Shown piece by piece: positions 37,599 through 60,400 of a DNA stretch of 64,000 bases. Source of the DNA: Bugula neritina. Taxonomy: Eukaryota; Animalia; Bryozoa. A program made the translations under genes and the position numbers. Numbering within the stretch: the first letter of the stretch is position 1; each line of letters starts with the position of its first letter. Location of the stretch: assembly GCA_964035545.1 (NCBI GenBank), contig OZ037766.1, forward strand, positions 26,953,673-27,017,672, in the 5' to 3' direction. Below the pieces are notes generated by a model that worked only from the letters and a program-made list of their open reading frames with translations, was not told where the DNA came from and did not search any database.

Positions 37599-40500
37599 AT
37601 GGATACAATTGAAGTAAGCAGAAAAGAACAAACACCGAGTAAGTTTGGAAATTTCATTATCTTATTATTATTCTTATTCTGTTATGACATTTGTAACTGA
37701 TCTAAGGTACTACTGGTATTGCTTAAAAATATCAGGGAATGAAAACTTTACAAAGTTATGTCACACAATCAAAAACAAAAAGACTTGAAAGACTTTTTTA
37801 AATAATTGTGTTCTTATAGGCTGTTTAATCAAATTATAAACACCTGAAAAATGAGCTTAGACAAAATTCTACAACAAAAATTTTCTAATTTGCCAAGTTA
37901 GAGAAAACTACTCTATTGGATATTTCATGTTTAAATTATATAAGCATTAGCTACTGCTGTTACAGATGTGAGTTGTGAGAACATAAAGGATGTGAATAGT
38001 TCATCCTACCAACTAGACAAGGGATACTCATGGGTTATCTTTCTCATTGGCTTCTTCAACCATGTAAGAGTGTCATTCAATTTACTTTTTCAGACAATGA
38101 TACAAATAACTCAGACTAAATTCTCACTCTACAAAATTTTACATTATTTAATTTTGCTGCATATATATGGAGTGAAACACTGGTGATAAAATTGATCACT
38201 TTATAATATGTTATTATTTGCTTTTGCACTGTTGATTATGTCTATGCTCCACTAAGGTTGCTGGAGTTGGAACGGCCTTTTCTGTAGGGGCCTTCACACC
38301 TGTTCTCTTAGAAGAGTTCCCTCACAGTAGGGAGGCTGTTGGTTTAATTGGCTCTCTACACATTGGATTTACCTTGTTTGCAGGTAAAGCTTGTCATATG
38401 AAAACAGGTACGCAACATATAGAATGTTTTTTACCAATCTAAATTCTTTAATGTTGGTTTATTATATTATTAAGAAATTTAGGAGTGACAGTTTTAAGTG
38501 AGCAAACTCTTGTTTTGTGAAATTTTGTTGCAACACCAATTATGAAGATTTCCTGCAAGGAGTTTTATACAACACTAAAAATAATTTTAATTAGAAAGGC
38601 TTGTGCAATAGTTCAGCAAAAAATTGTTTTACTGAAGTTTTTACCTAAATGAATTTTATATTGGAAAATTTCCCTAAATGCTTTGATAAAAGGTCTCTTT
38701 ATGGTAAAGCAAGCCTTACAGATAATTGAAGTTATGTTCTCAATTATACTTCACCAAGTGACAAAGCAAACATTTTAATATTGTCATGTTGTTCAAACTG
38801 TTGGGAAAATGCTAAAAAGGAGAATTTATTTCCATAAATATAACTGTCATATTGTCAATAATAACAAATGAGTGTTTATCTCCAGGGCCAATGGCTGGAG
38901 TGCTGGCTGGTAAGTTTGGTTACCGGAAGACAATAATAGGCGGAGCTGTATTAGCTGCTGTGGGCGTGGCCTCAGGAGCTGCAGCTGCTGACGCATGGAT
39001 TTTATGTATGACTGTTGGAGTTGCAGGAGGTAATTCCTATATACTATTATTAGTTACAGTAGATTTATCAAACTATTGGGAAATATAATTAATGACTTTT
39101 TAAAAGCCGTTTTATAACTATATAAGTTGGATGTTTTAAGAATTATAATAGCTAAAGCATCAAGATCAGTTTGAGTTTAAAATATGGTAACCATGTGATA
39201 GTGATTCAAATACTACTACAAATAATCAATTGCATAAAATAATCAATCTTAAAATATCAAATACACGTTTTAATGATTATTAAGAACAAATAAAATAAAC
39301 TATAATAGCTGTCTGCAAAAGACTACATGAGTCAATATCATCAAAACGATTTTTAACATATTTTAGAAAATTAACTTTTTTATAAATATTGGTGGTTGTT
39401 TTAGGCACTGGCATCTCCTTTGTTTACATTCCTTCAACTTCAATAGTCGCGGCTTTCTTTGAAAAGTGGAAAACTGTAGCGCTGAGTGTTTTTGCTGCTG
39501 GCATTGGGTTTGGTACGATGGTGATGCCTTTGTTTATGAAATGGGCTATTGAAGAGTATGGCTGGAGAGGAGCCTATCTCCTAATAGCTGGTCTGTTTTA
39601 TTGAAAATATTTTACTTCTATCTTATTGAACTTTGTAACTGTAGTATTGGTAAATGTCATTTACACACACACGCACACACACACAAGCACAGTCACACGC
39701 ACATACGCACGCACACACACGCACATGCATGTACACGCACGCACACGCACACACACGCATGCACACGCACACGCTCACACCAAGTTAACTTATCAAATTT
39801 GTTAAATCAAAAAAGCATTATAAGTAATACTAGTTTTTGTTTTATTTTCAGGTGTCATACTGCAAGTAGCTGTGTCTGGAATGCTTATTTTACCCACTCC
39901 ACAACTCTCCACCAATCAGAGAGAAAGATCACAACTGACAATTAAAAAGGAGTTGTCTACACTTTGTAACTGGCGATTTAACCTTATTTTAGCAAATTGC
40001 GTTTTGTTTGGTCTTGGAGCTGGCATTGTTTTTGTTTTCTTAGCTGAGTATGGTCAACAGAAAGGTCTTTCTAGTTTTAAAGCTGTTTATCTAATATCCA
40101 TCCTTGGCATTGGGAATGCAATAGGACGCTTTCTTAATGTTCTTACAAACTTATCCCAGGCCAATCCTGTTTATGTTTACATCATTTCTTGTGCTCTCAG
40201 TGGTGTAACTGTGTGTTTAATGAACATAAAAGTTTCAAACATAGAAAGCTGTTTTTACCTTCTCGCCACGACATCAGCTCTATATGGACTGCTCTATGGC
40301 GTTCAACTGGCAAATCTTGCAGCCGTAGCCAGCTGTTTAAGTTCTGAGATCTTACTAAACTCAGCATTCGGCTTGGTGTCACTGTTTAATGGAATTGGAT
40401 TTATCTTTGGCTCTCCAGTTGCAGGTAAAGTATTCATATATTTGGTTAACTTGTTATTTTACAGGTTTATGTTACAATAGTTTGCAGTTTGTGCTTTCAT

Positions 40501-41199
40501 ATGTTAGCAACAATATAATCAGAAAATACTCATACTTATATATAAAGCATTTGATTTTGTGTGTCATTGAATATAGCAGTTTCCATTTAATTGCTTTTAC
40601 AAAGTTTCTTGAAAGCCAAGTCTGTAGAAAAATCCACAATTTTAGCATATGACTAATAAGACTTCCTTGTGTTATAAGATATACCACATTTGTTATGCAG
40701 ATTGTGGAAGCTTGCAGGAAAAACTTACCTAAAAACAGTTTACTTTAACTTATATTAAAGTATGACAGCTATACTAAATGCCTTGGCATTTAGTTTAGCT
40801 GTCATAAAACTGCTAATTATTTGGAATTTTAAATTTTTGTATTTTAAATGATTATTTTTCTAAAATACTTTATTTTGCTCTATTTAGCTTTATTTTGCAT
40901 GTGTGTACATATATGATCACAGCAAGGAAAACACCGATGAATTTATTTTGTCAGCTTTTTCCTAAAAATTCAACTGAGTTTTGATTATTGTTGATAGTAT
41001 ACTCTTAAAGACTATTGCTTGTATAAATTGTAGCCTTAAAAAAATTTGTTATATTATTTTTTTCTACAGGTATATGCATTTTATTTTTATAGCTACTATC
41101 CTGAGTGTTGGAAATGTGAGATTTGAAATACTGAATTATTTTGCTGGAGGTGTCACTATCATGGCAGGAATAATTGTAGTTCCTATCATTCTAAAATAG
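37599..41199 (+). CDS. SLC16/monocarboxylate-transporter-like MFS protein B, 7 coding exons
   Basis: Exons 37599-37638, 37966-38063, 38257-38383, 38886-39029, 39405-39590, 39852-40424, 41093-41199 join in phase. Motifs DKGYSWVI, GPMAGVLAGKFGYRKTIIGG, FFEKWKTVALS and EEYGWRGAYLLIAG are diagnostic of SLC16. Start exon is less certain. Confidence 0.9.
39664..39781. repeat. (CA/CG) microsatellite
   Basis: Direct inspection. Confidence 0.85.
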
Positions 41200-42916
41200 A
41201 CCCCAGCAGAATTCAATCTACAACTATGTTCATTGGGTGAATTTGGTTATTATTACATTTTAACTACATTTTTAAAAACTCATCTTATCCAAAAAGATAA
41301 GCTGAAAAGTGCTGGCAGTGTTTCAAAAAATTAGATTCAAATTATTGCCAAAAAGTTTAAAAGAACTTATGCAGCCTTCTTTAAATTTATCTAAAAAAGG
41401 TCTTTTTATAGCATGAAGTAATATTTGTATGGTCTTTAAAATTAAAATGTTTTTTCAACTCCTTTCCTGCTTTGAACAAGTAGTATTACAAATTTATGAT
41501 TTAATCAGTAAAACAACTGAAATAGTGTACATTAATGAATGACTTATAATTGGTACAAATTTATTTATTGTGCAGCTTCTTTAATTGCTTCATTTTGTGT
41601 AAAAAAGTGCTACATTTATATCTTGGTTTATGAATGATTGGTGTTTGTAAAACTATATCAGAAATGAATCTATATTACTTTAATTTATTTATTTTTAATT
41701 TTTATCAAAAATATTTTCTATATCTGCACTATATATATCATAATAAATATTTTTGAGTAAGCCCAAAACCTTTTTTATTCAATTTTTGCCAAATAATAAT
41801 AGCATTTGCAATTAATAATTGCAATTTATGGTGCCTTACTACAAATAAACCATTGAAAATAACAGAATAAGTAAGTCAACAACGACAATGAATAAATGTT
41901 CAACAATATTTTTATTTAGAATTTGATATTTAATTTACATAAATAACTAATTGAATGTATAAAAAAGGAGATATAAGGTAAAAGCATTGGGTTTTAATAT
42001 CAAACAGAAGCAACTTGATACATTTGTATATCATAAAAAGATTAATTAAGTAATTGCATTTGACTTAAATGTAAATGATGTCAAAACCAAAAATTTCTAA
42101 AGTTTATAATATTAATTTAATTAGGTTATGCTACGTTTTATCCTTTTTATTCATTTGTACCAAAATAAATATGTAGTTTAATAGTGACTAAAAGCATAGT
42201 AAATGAAATGTGTAAAGTATTTTCGGATGATACTGTCACAGTTTCCAAATAACTCCTACAAAATAAGGCAATAAATATTAACTTTAAAATAAAATAAATA
42301 TAAAACTTTAAAAAATATTTTTAAAAACTCAGCAACACATTTATTTAGTTAACGCAGATATATTTGCTGTATATGAAGTTAGTTTTGTTTGCAAATATGC
42401 GTTCAATGGTGTTCTGTTATTTTTTTATTTTGATATAATCTTTGTTTTGGGAGCAAAAGATACATGTATTTGATAAAATAAACATTGTAACTTCTTCTAT
42501 TTAAAATAATTTTTTCTAGCTCATAGTGAAATTTTACCAAAAAAACATTATTTTAAAAGAAAATTGAGCCCACTCTGCAAATTCTAAAAAAAACAATTTT
42601 TCAACAAAATTCGTTCAGGAATTTTAGTAAATTTTTCAACGTATTAAAGCATAATTTTAAAGAGTGTCATTTAATTATTCTTAAGGTTTTAGTAAAAAAA
42701 ACAGTATCTGGCAGTTGGTTAGAATACCAATCATGTGTGTAAAATTTAATTTACATCGTATAACAATTTGCTACATATAATTTAAGGGATCATGCTTGTA
42801 AAATATAATATTAGCAGGTGTATGTAGAAAAGTAAACTGCTGATAGCTATTTTTATCAGCTTTGACAGTGAAAGTTACTTGCTTCATGATATAGGACAGG
42901 TACTCTAGCATAGCTC

Positions 42917-51621
<8,705 letters not shown>

Positions 51622-51814
51622 CTTTGATTTGCTTTGTTGTTTGGTAATACTGAATTGATCTAAATTAAATTTAAAGCCACATTTTTAGCATCAGTTAATT
51701 ATTCTTTATTTTTTAAACATTTATTTATGAATCAAAGCGAAAATTACTCTAAACAAAAGTTGCTATTTTTAGCAAGTGACTCATTCACATTGTATTTTGC
51801 TTTGAATACTTACA

Positions 51815-51848
<34 letters not shown>

Positions 51849-54478
51849 GAATTTTGTTTTCAAATGCAACTTCGCTTGTAAATTGTGTCAAAGTGTGTTT
51901 TTACAGAGAGAAATTGTAAGAATGGATCTTAGGTTTTAAATTATCTCAAATCTCAATTTTCTTAAGAATTATTATGCCAGTCATAAAAGGAACTCTGATC
52001 ATACAACATTTTGCTGCAATCACATTTAACTATTATAGCTGGTTTGACATGCAATAACAAATATTTCAAAAGCTACATACCTAATTCTTATATATCTATT
52101 ATAACATGTTCAAAACACAACTACTGTCGACTAATGGCCATAAAACATTGGAAATATACTGATTAAAATTAGCATGAAATATTTTAAACAAATTCACACA
52201 GCTATTTATAGTTCTTACTGCAAAACACCAAACTCATAGGTACCCAAATGCCTTCCGGTTTTCTAATGTATTAACAAAACAAAGAAGCAGATATAACGTA
52301 CTGAAGGCTATATGATCAAAAACTTTTTAGGAGCTAAAAATTTGTAAAATATATATGAGTTTTGTTTCACAAAGAGATCACAAATCGGTACCGTAGTGAA
52401 CTAGCAATAAATTAGTATGCGTGAGCCTTAACATCTCAAAAGTTCTAAATCATATATATTAACAAAATAGGAAGCTCATAGCACGTAAATAATGATGGTC
52501 ACATACAATATAAATATGAAAATTAACAGCAATTTAGACCATTCGCAGAAGCAAAAAAAATAAAAGTCAATGTTAAATTTTCTTTTGAAATTATCAGCAT
52601 TTGCCAAAAACAATTTTATAGGAGTATAAAAATATGAAGTGTCAATAGTACTAATTAGTATTTAAATGATAATTTATAATATAGCAACTTACTTGAGAAG
52701 CTACTTGGTTTTCCCTTTGTGCAATGCTTTATGAAAGACATCAGGGCATAACGCTCTGCTTTATAGTGACACCTATTGTATGGAGTGCTGCATATTTTAT
52801 AAGATAAGCAGCATATAATTGAGATTTTTGTCATAAAAAGTCTAACCATAAAGTAGCTGACCCATTGTTGCAGTAGCAAGTTTTGTTTATTAAGTCAAAA
52901 AGAAAAATACAAACTGTAATTATAAAATGTTATACATATCATGTGCCCAGCCAGCTAGTATTGCTTATAATTAACAATATATTAAATTTCCTTCAAGTAG
53001 GCTATTATTAACTGCTTTACGAGTGAAATAGGCTGCAGTGGTGTTTTAAACATGGGAAAAATATAATATCTACATCTACTTTTAAACAGAAGCAATTTGG
53101 TCTTTACTAATGGAGAAATCGTTTTTATATACTTATGCATGGTTATATTCTTATACAAAATAAAACATAATATTTGGTTCCACAACCATATTCAACTTGT
53201 TTCGAGATTGTGGAGAAAAAGTAAAAAAAGGATTGCATGGCTATTTTAAAAAGTTAAATAATAATTAAAGACAAAAGACGTTATCTCTCATATTGTTAGA
53301 GAGTGGAGTGTGTCGCAATAAGAATTGATACAAATTGATGATAAACTTTTTATGTATAAACATCAAGACTTGGATGGGTTCAGCATATTACATTTTACTT
53401 GCATATTGTTGAGTTTTAGTTGAGGGGGGCTGCTTCAGGCACTCAACACTAAGCAAATCGTACTAAAGAACCAGGGTGACTGTTTAGTCTCAAGATGGTG
53501 GAGTGCCAAATGTCTACAGAGTGTGATGTGCAAAAGTAATACATATTAGCCAACACAACCACCTCGGTGTAGAAACTGGAGCCCTGATGGTGTTTTGATA
53601 ACTTCCTCGGAATATCAAACTTTATTTTACTAGCTTAGGGAGTTTTTCTGAAATGAATCGGCTTTTACTCAATGCGAGTTTATAAAAAGCTGAGCTCGGA
53701 GGCTGGCGTTTTATCGGTAGCAGCAAAAAATAAATTTTGCCATGCTACATACTTGTCAGAGAACAGCTGTGGTCTAGGGGTTAGAGAAATACGAGGTTAG
53801 TGTTTGTTAGGAAGAGCATTCAGTCATAATTGCTTCTGTGCCACATAAGAATGAGTCTTTAACCTGCTTTAAAATCCCTTTTCATATGGGATAATGACCA
53901 TACTCATGTGTGAGTTACAGGCTTGTCAGAATTGGTACAAGTTGGGTACGAGCTATTTCAATCGGCTAAGAACGTGAAATACATTACAGCAGTTTTTGTG
54001 GAACACTATTACCAATATTAAACACATCACAGTGTCTTCCATATTTATTTATTAGCTATAATTACATACTAAACATGGACTTAATTTGAATACTTAACTG
54101 TAATGTCCAGGCAGCTGTCAATAAAAAGAGAGTATAACATATATGAGCGTTTGTACGATGTAGTGGGATGGAAATATAACATAAGTTTTACCAACACAGG
54201 CATAAAATGTTGCAGGAATTACAGCGTATGAATACATATATAAAAATGATGCAGTAAAGCTTAGGTAGATCAGACATATGCTTTTTCAGTCACACTATTT
54301 TGGTGTTTCTATTAACAAAAGTTGCCTGCTGACAGAAGAATGTTAAGATCCCAGTATTACATCATTTCTCATTGTCTCTTGATTCTGGTTCTTTGGTAAG
54401 TGAAATGTCACATTGGATGGATGGATCTACAAGCGGCTTGATATTTCAGCAACTGGAAGTTATATTCTCCCGGCAGTA

Positions 54479-57400
54479 CTAGTATTCCAGCATAAATGAG
54501 GACATAGTCTCTTTAAGAAGAATAACTGAATCGTCAGACTGCAGAGGAAGTTGACTGAACGGTTCGGCAACATATCTAAAAATAGATCAGACATTTTATC
54601 ATGGGAGGAGCATGTTGAGGTAAAGCAATAAAAGGCTCGTGAATTGTGAAGTGTTTGATAGGCAGTTGAAAAGCTGACCAAAACAAAAGTTCTTGGATAT
54701 ACATAGCTATATTAGTTCATGAACAGATCAACTGTTTCTATAACACTGCTGGATGTTTATTTTGGAAATTGCAAAATATGACTTTTATTACAATAATACA
54801 ACTTAAAGAAAACTACGATGCAGCACCTTTAACACCTTTTATCTAGCAAAAAGACATGCTAAAGACAACATAACGTTGGTATACACATGTGATAAGACTA
54901 GTTGATTTAATGTAAAAATATCTAAAAAAAAACTTATGTGAAAAGGAACTACAGTGAGAATAGCGCACCTAGATGAGAGAGTTCCAGTGTTCTCAATTGT
55001 GTTCTCTTTATCCAGTGACATGACAAACTTCATATGTTGAACTGTGTGCAGAGCCATAGTAGACTGCGCCAGGCAGTGCATAGGAGTGGGTGTGGCTAGG
55101 GACAGAAGTCGTCTTCCCAAAGACTTCACCTCAGGCTTCAGTTTTTCTATCGAATATCCGTCTGCTTGTCCGGACTTCTGTTGAAAGAAACAATGTTGCT
55201 ATATCATAGTAGACAACATGATGAGTGACTATATTATGGTAGACAACATGATGAACAGCTATATCATAGTAGACAATGTGATGAAGTAGCTATATCAAAC
55301 AGGGGAAAGTTACTTCAACAAGCTTTTCCTGATGGTAAATGGTAGAATTGATTGCTACTGAAAGTTATACATATTTTGGAATTATTTTACTACGATTTAG
55401 AGAAGAATGGAGTTAAAATATATAGTACAATTGATATGATATAAGCTAAAAATATTTAAAGGTAAACTGCAGCTGTTACCCACCATTATTTTTAAACATT
55501 CTGTAACTCGTTCAATCATGCATGGAGACAGTAGGATATGAAAAATATAAATTGTAAGATTAAATGGAGATACAAGGATATAGCCTACCTGTCTTAGATC
55601 ATTGACAACATCATATATAGTTATATAATCCAGGTAAATCTTTCCCCCAGTCATCCACCCACTCACAGAGTCACATGACTGCTGCAACTTGTCTAAGTAT
55701 GAGTGGAGGCTGTCCAAGTCATCTGAAACACGCATATATAAGCACATATAAGCATATATAAGCACATATAAACACACAAGTATATATAAGCATATATAAG
55801 TATATAATATAAGCATTGGAAAGTATATGTAACTACATGACACATGTATATTTAATAAACAATGTCAGATAGTACACAGGGAATTGTCTCACCAACATCA
55901 CTAAACTGTGAGAGTGTGCATGTGATGTGTGCGTATGTACACCCATCTACAGAAATACCTACAGATGTAAACATGGCACAGAGACACTAACACACACCTA
56001 ATATATAAATATGCATTGTCTTCAGAACTGGTTAGTTAAAAGAACATGCATACAGCCTGACCATACATGATAGTTATGCAGCATAAAGCCATCTCATCAA
56101 GAGAGTATAACCCTCATTATCAGAATAAACACCTACCATTGACTATCAGCTGTGGGGCTATGTGCAGCAAAACAATCTTGTGGGCGGGGTTTAGCTGGTC
56201 AGAATGGAGGAGATGCCACGCCTCTTCTTCGTGCAGACCTTCGCATCTTGATTTGATTGCTTTGACCTCATGCAACCACTTCTCGGGAACATGCAGCTGC
56301 TCCAGTACAAACTTTTCTTTGCCCAAGTAGTTAGAGTCGCCGGTGTCCATGTCATCACTCGTTGACATGATCTCAAGGTCACTGTTCTCACTTTCCGTGA
56401 CGTTGAGTTGGACGTTACGCAGAAGCAGGTCTTTGACCAATTTTTCTCGACTAAATGTGAGCAACAATGGCAGTGATAGGAAATAACAACAAGACATAGA
56501 AGATAGAACCTGTATTGTTATAGAGTAGTTATTCTTGTGACTCTACTCACATGTGAGGGGAGGGTAGGTTTAGAAGAGGAAGTACCGCCCACTCCCACAA
56601 TCCACAGCTTTCTAGCTGCTCGGCATATCGGGTGTGTATAGCAGCTGCTTGGTGGGGCTCCAGATGTGTGTAGTTTAGTGAGTAGAGCACCTGCATGAGG
56701 TGCCAGCTGCAACACAATAGTAGAGGAATCATTCTATCTACAGATGAGTCATTCTATCTACAGATGAGTCATTCTACAGATAATATTCTGACAGGTGTCA
56801 CTCACCTGAGGTGGTAGTCAAGAGGATCACAGGTACTGCTAGCCGATGAGAGAAGCTCATCTAGTCTGTAGCTGCTGTTGGAGTAAAGTTTGAGCAGGTG
56901 ATAGCAGGTGTCCTTGCAGTCGGAGTGAATAACCTCAGTGTCTTCCATGTACAGCGGTAAGGGTGGTGCAGCGTAACCTCCGCAATCGGTGTCTTCTTTC
57001 CACGCCGCGTCATAGTGAGCTATGCTAGCATTTATATTCATCTGTAAAACAATAGAATTGTCTAGGATATCAAATCTTGAGAATGTGAAAAATACCATCA
57101 ATGATATCGAATAACTCGAGTAGGTTAAAGTTCAAAGCAGACATATACCTTAGCAGGACTGTACCAGTAGTGTATGGCCAGGGCTCTCTTCCAGTCCAGG
57201 TCCACACAGCAGTTGGTCAGCTGGGTGGCATTCTCCCACACCATGGTGCCGGAGAGCAGAACGTAGAGCTTGAATCTGTCGTCGGAGATATATTTGTCAG
57301 CCTGCCAATATTGAGTACAAAATAAACCACCTACGAAGAGACACGACTCACGCATGCTTGGTAAGGAATCACAGCATATATGCAGCTAAACACCTATCTC

Positions 57401-60400
57401 TACACAAACACCACTCAGGTTAATAGTGGACCCTGATACAACGGTACCTAGCCACTGAAGAGCTACAACTAACAGTAATCATAAGCTCTAACTACTGGTA
57501 TATTATCTACCAACAAATGGCCAGCAGTTGCCATAGCAACATACCATGGTCTTATTCCAGTCACAGAGCTGTTTATTCAGTAGGGTCTTCAGGTCTTGAC
57601 AAGTGCCAGCTTGTGATAGCAACAACGCTAGTCTTAGGTCTTTGTTTTCTATAGCCAACTTTGTAGCCTCAGGAATTTGACGAGCTGTCAGATGGGAAAA
57701 TATCGCCGCAGTAACCCCATTAGTCTACAACAAATGAAGCCATTCTAGAAACAGAGGGCTATAGCGGTCACAAATAACATATTTCCATCATAAGCTAAAG
57801 GCTGAAGCACAGCTTTTCAATGCTAGTTGAGTGATATTTGATAAATTAGCAGAATATGTAGATGGTTAAAATATTAAGTTCTTCCAGCAAAATCTGTGTT
57901 GCTGTCGTGACAGTATAAGCAAACCTTTTGAGCTTTTTTAGTTGTTTCCTGTTGAACGTAGTAATTAGCAGAGTAAGACAGCCACCTCGAGAAAGCCTCA
58001 GATCTGGCATTTTGATATAGATAGCTGTCAGTATCCAAGTCTACAATGATATCCAAACATAGATGTCAGAATCAATCTTATCATGCACATAAACCGCTAG
58101 AATCGCTGTAATTTAACAATAAGTGCACACGTATAGCTGTAAATACTAAAGAAGGTTTTGCGGGGCACCCGTTGGAAGTTTGCAAAGACACTGGGAGGTT
58201 TCTTGCCAAATCCAAAATCCAACAGGAATGAACGAGTCCATTTTGAATACAAAATAAATTATTTTATACTAATATATTATAACTTATATATTATAACTTG
58301 TTTATTTGCATCCTCATTGTACTTCTACATAATCAATATCTCCTCCATGTAGAGACATAAAGAGACACACAGACATATGTACACCTATAGAATAGATCAT
58401 CTCACCATCGATGTGCTCAAACTCTGGCAGAGAGCCCCAAAGCGCCACCATCAGCTCCCACACCAGAATGTTATGTCTGAACATTGTCAGCACCTCGCTG
58501 TCGCACTGACTCGCCACGGCAGCATCCAGGTCATTCAGAGACTCTCTGCCGTAACTGTGTAACGCAGCAATGCCGGGCTGAGGCGTGACCTTTGGATTAC
58601 CTTCCTCAATACCGCTAAAGTCTGTGTGCGCCAGTTGAACTTTCAGCGCTTTGATTTTAGTCTCCTTAAACACAAACAGCAATAACTGATGAATTCTGTG
58701 TTTCAACAGAATGAACTGTGAATACTGAGAATACGTTGTGGTGAGAGAGGCAGTTACTTGTCAGTTCAATAGTACAACATTTAAATAGACGTAGGAGCAA
58801 ACAAAGACATGGTAAAATATTTCACTAATGAAAAGAGAATAAATGAGCAATTGCTTGGCAATCTAACAAATCATATCATAGAGTAAACCTAACAAAGATT
58901 TAGTGTCTCTTTTTCCCAAAGAAAACATGTTTTTATTAGATATTTCAGCTCATGCTTGAGACGAAAACGATTAAACTTGCATACGAATTCTCTGCAAAAC
59001 AAAGATTAGGTCTCATAACAGGCTTCTTATCACGTGTCTCACACTCCACAATATATTACTACAGATAAGGAAAAAGCTGAGTATGGTGGACTCACTATAA
59101 CAAGGGCGTCAGAAGAGAAAGCCTGTGTCCCAGTACACGAAGATTCTAAGCTAACTTGATAGCATGATGTTGGACGAGTTCTCGCAGGAGAAAGGATAGA
59201 AAATTTGTTGCTCAAAATCTCTGGCCTGTCGGAACCTGCAGAATCTAAAATTAGAAATATGTAAACCTGCAGCAAATCCCAGTCCAACTGGGTTGACAAG
59301 TAACTGCTACAGAGAACAGCATCAACAAACAGAATGCATTGACAAGTATAGTGTCACTTCGACATTAATCAACACTTTCATTATACAACCTTCATCAATT
59401 AATATTGCTTGCTTTGTGACAAAAAGTCTGTGATTGAAGTTGACTAGGATGTGGTACTACATTGTACAGCAATAAATATAATAAAATACTATATAAAACG
59501 CATAATGTTTTAAACTAATAAAAGCCCATGCCATTACCAAACAAGTAGGAGCTAATTTTCATAAATAATGAACAAAAATGAAAAAGTACATATTACATGG
59601 CATGTAGTTTAAATACCTGATTCAAACACACTGTGCTTTCCGTTGTGAGCCAAGGTCATCTTGGGCCCCCATCCTACACGTGACCTCCGACCTTCCTTGC
59701 AGCCAGCATCTATGATACACCGGCCATTCTTGTGCACTACAAACACATTAGACATATTACAGTGAGAGAACCATAATACAATCATGTACTTAAACTGAAT
59801 ACTTTAGTGCATAAACAGATAGGTGTGTATATTTAGATAAGTGATAATTTCTCAAACCATTGGAAGGATAGAAATATGAAGTCACGTACACATGACACAT
59901 TCTAATTTTATAAAAATATTGAGGAAAATAATGAGACAACTCCCAAACACAACACTGTTTTGCCCATTATTTATACCCGCCTTACTAGCTACCTTACTAG
60001 CCAACCATTGTGCTTGTGTCAGTGAAATGAATTCAACAGCGTTTGCTGTAGCCAAATGCCATATAATATATAATATTTGCCATTCATCACTTTTTATAAA
60101 AATATAATAAACATGCTTTTTTGTATTTTGAAGTCAAGAATGACTGACACCCACTGCTTTTCAATAACCTAGAATACTCCATGACATTGAAATCAACACA
60201 ATATACACTAATCTCTATATTTACTAGAGTTGGAGTTGTACTCACATATAGATTTCTTGAGCGGAATCCTCGACAGCTGTAGCCTGAGACCCTGTATTTT
60301 AACTTTCGGTTTGAGGGGAATCTCCATACCACTCGGCAAGGAGATATAATCAGGCTCTGGAACAGTTATATCTGTGCTCATCCGATGCGACTTCAATAGA

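Noticed and set aside
53400-53960. Slightly GC-richer intergenic patch
   Set aside because: No sustained ORF or recognisable motif in the frames I checked; possibly an old TE remnant.
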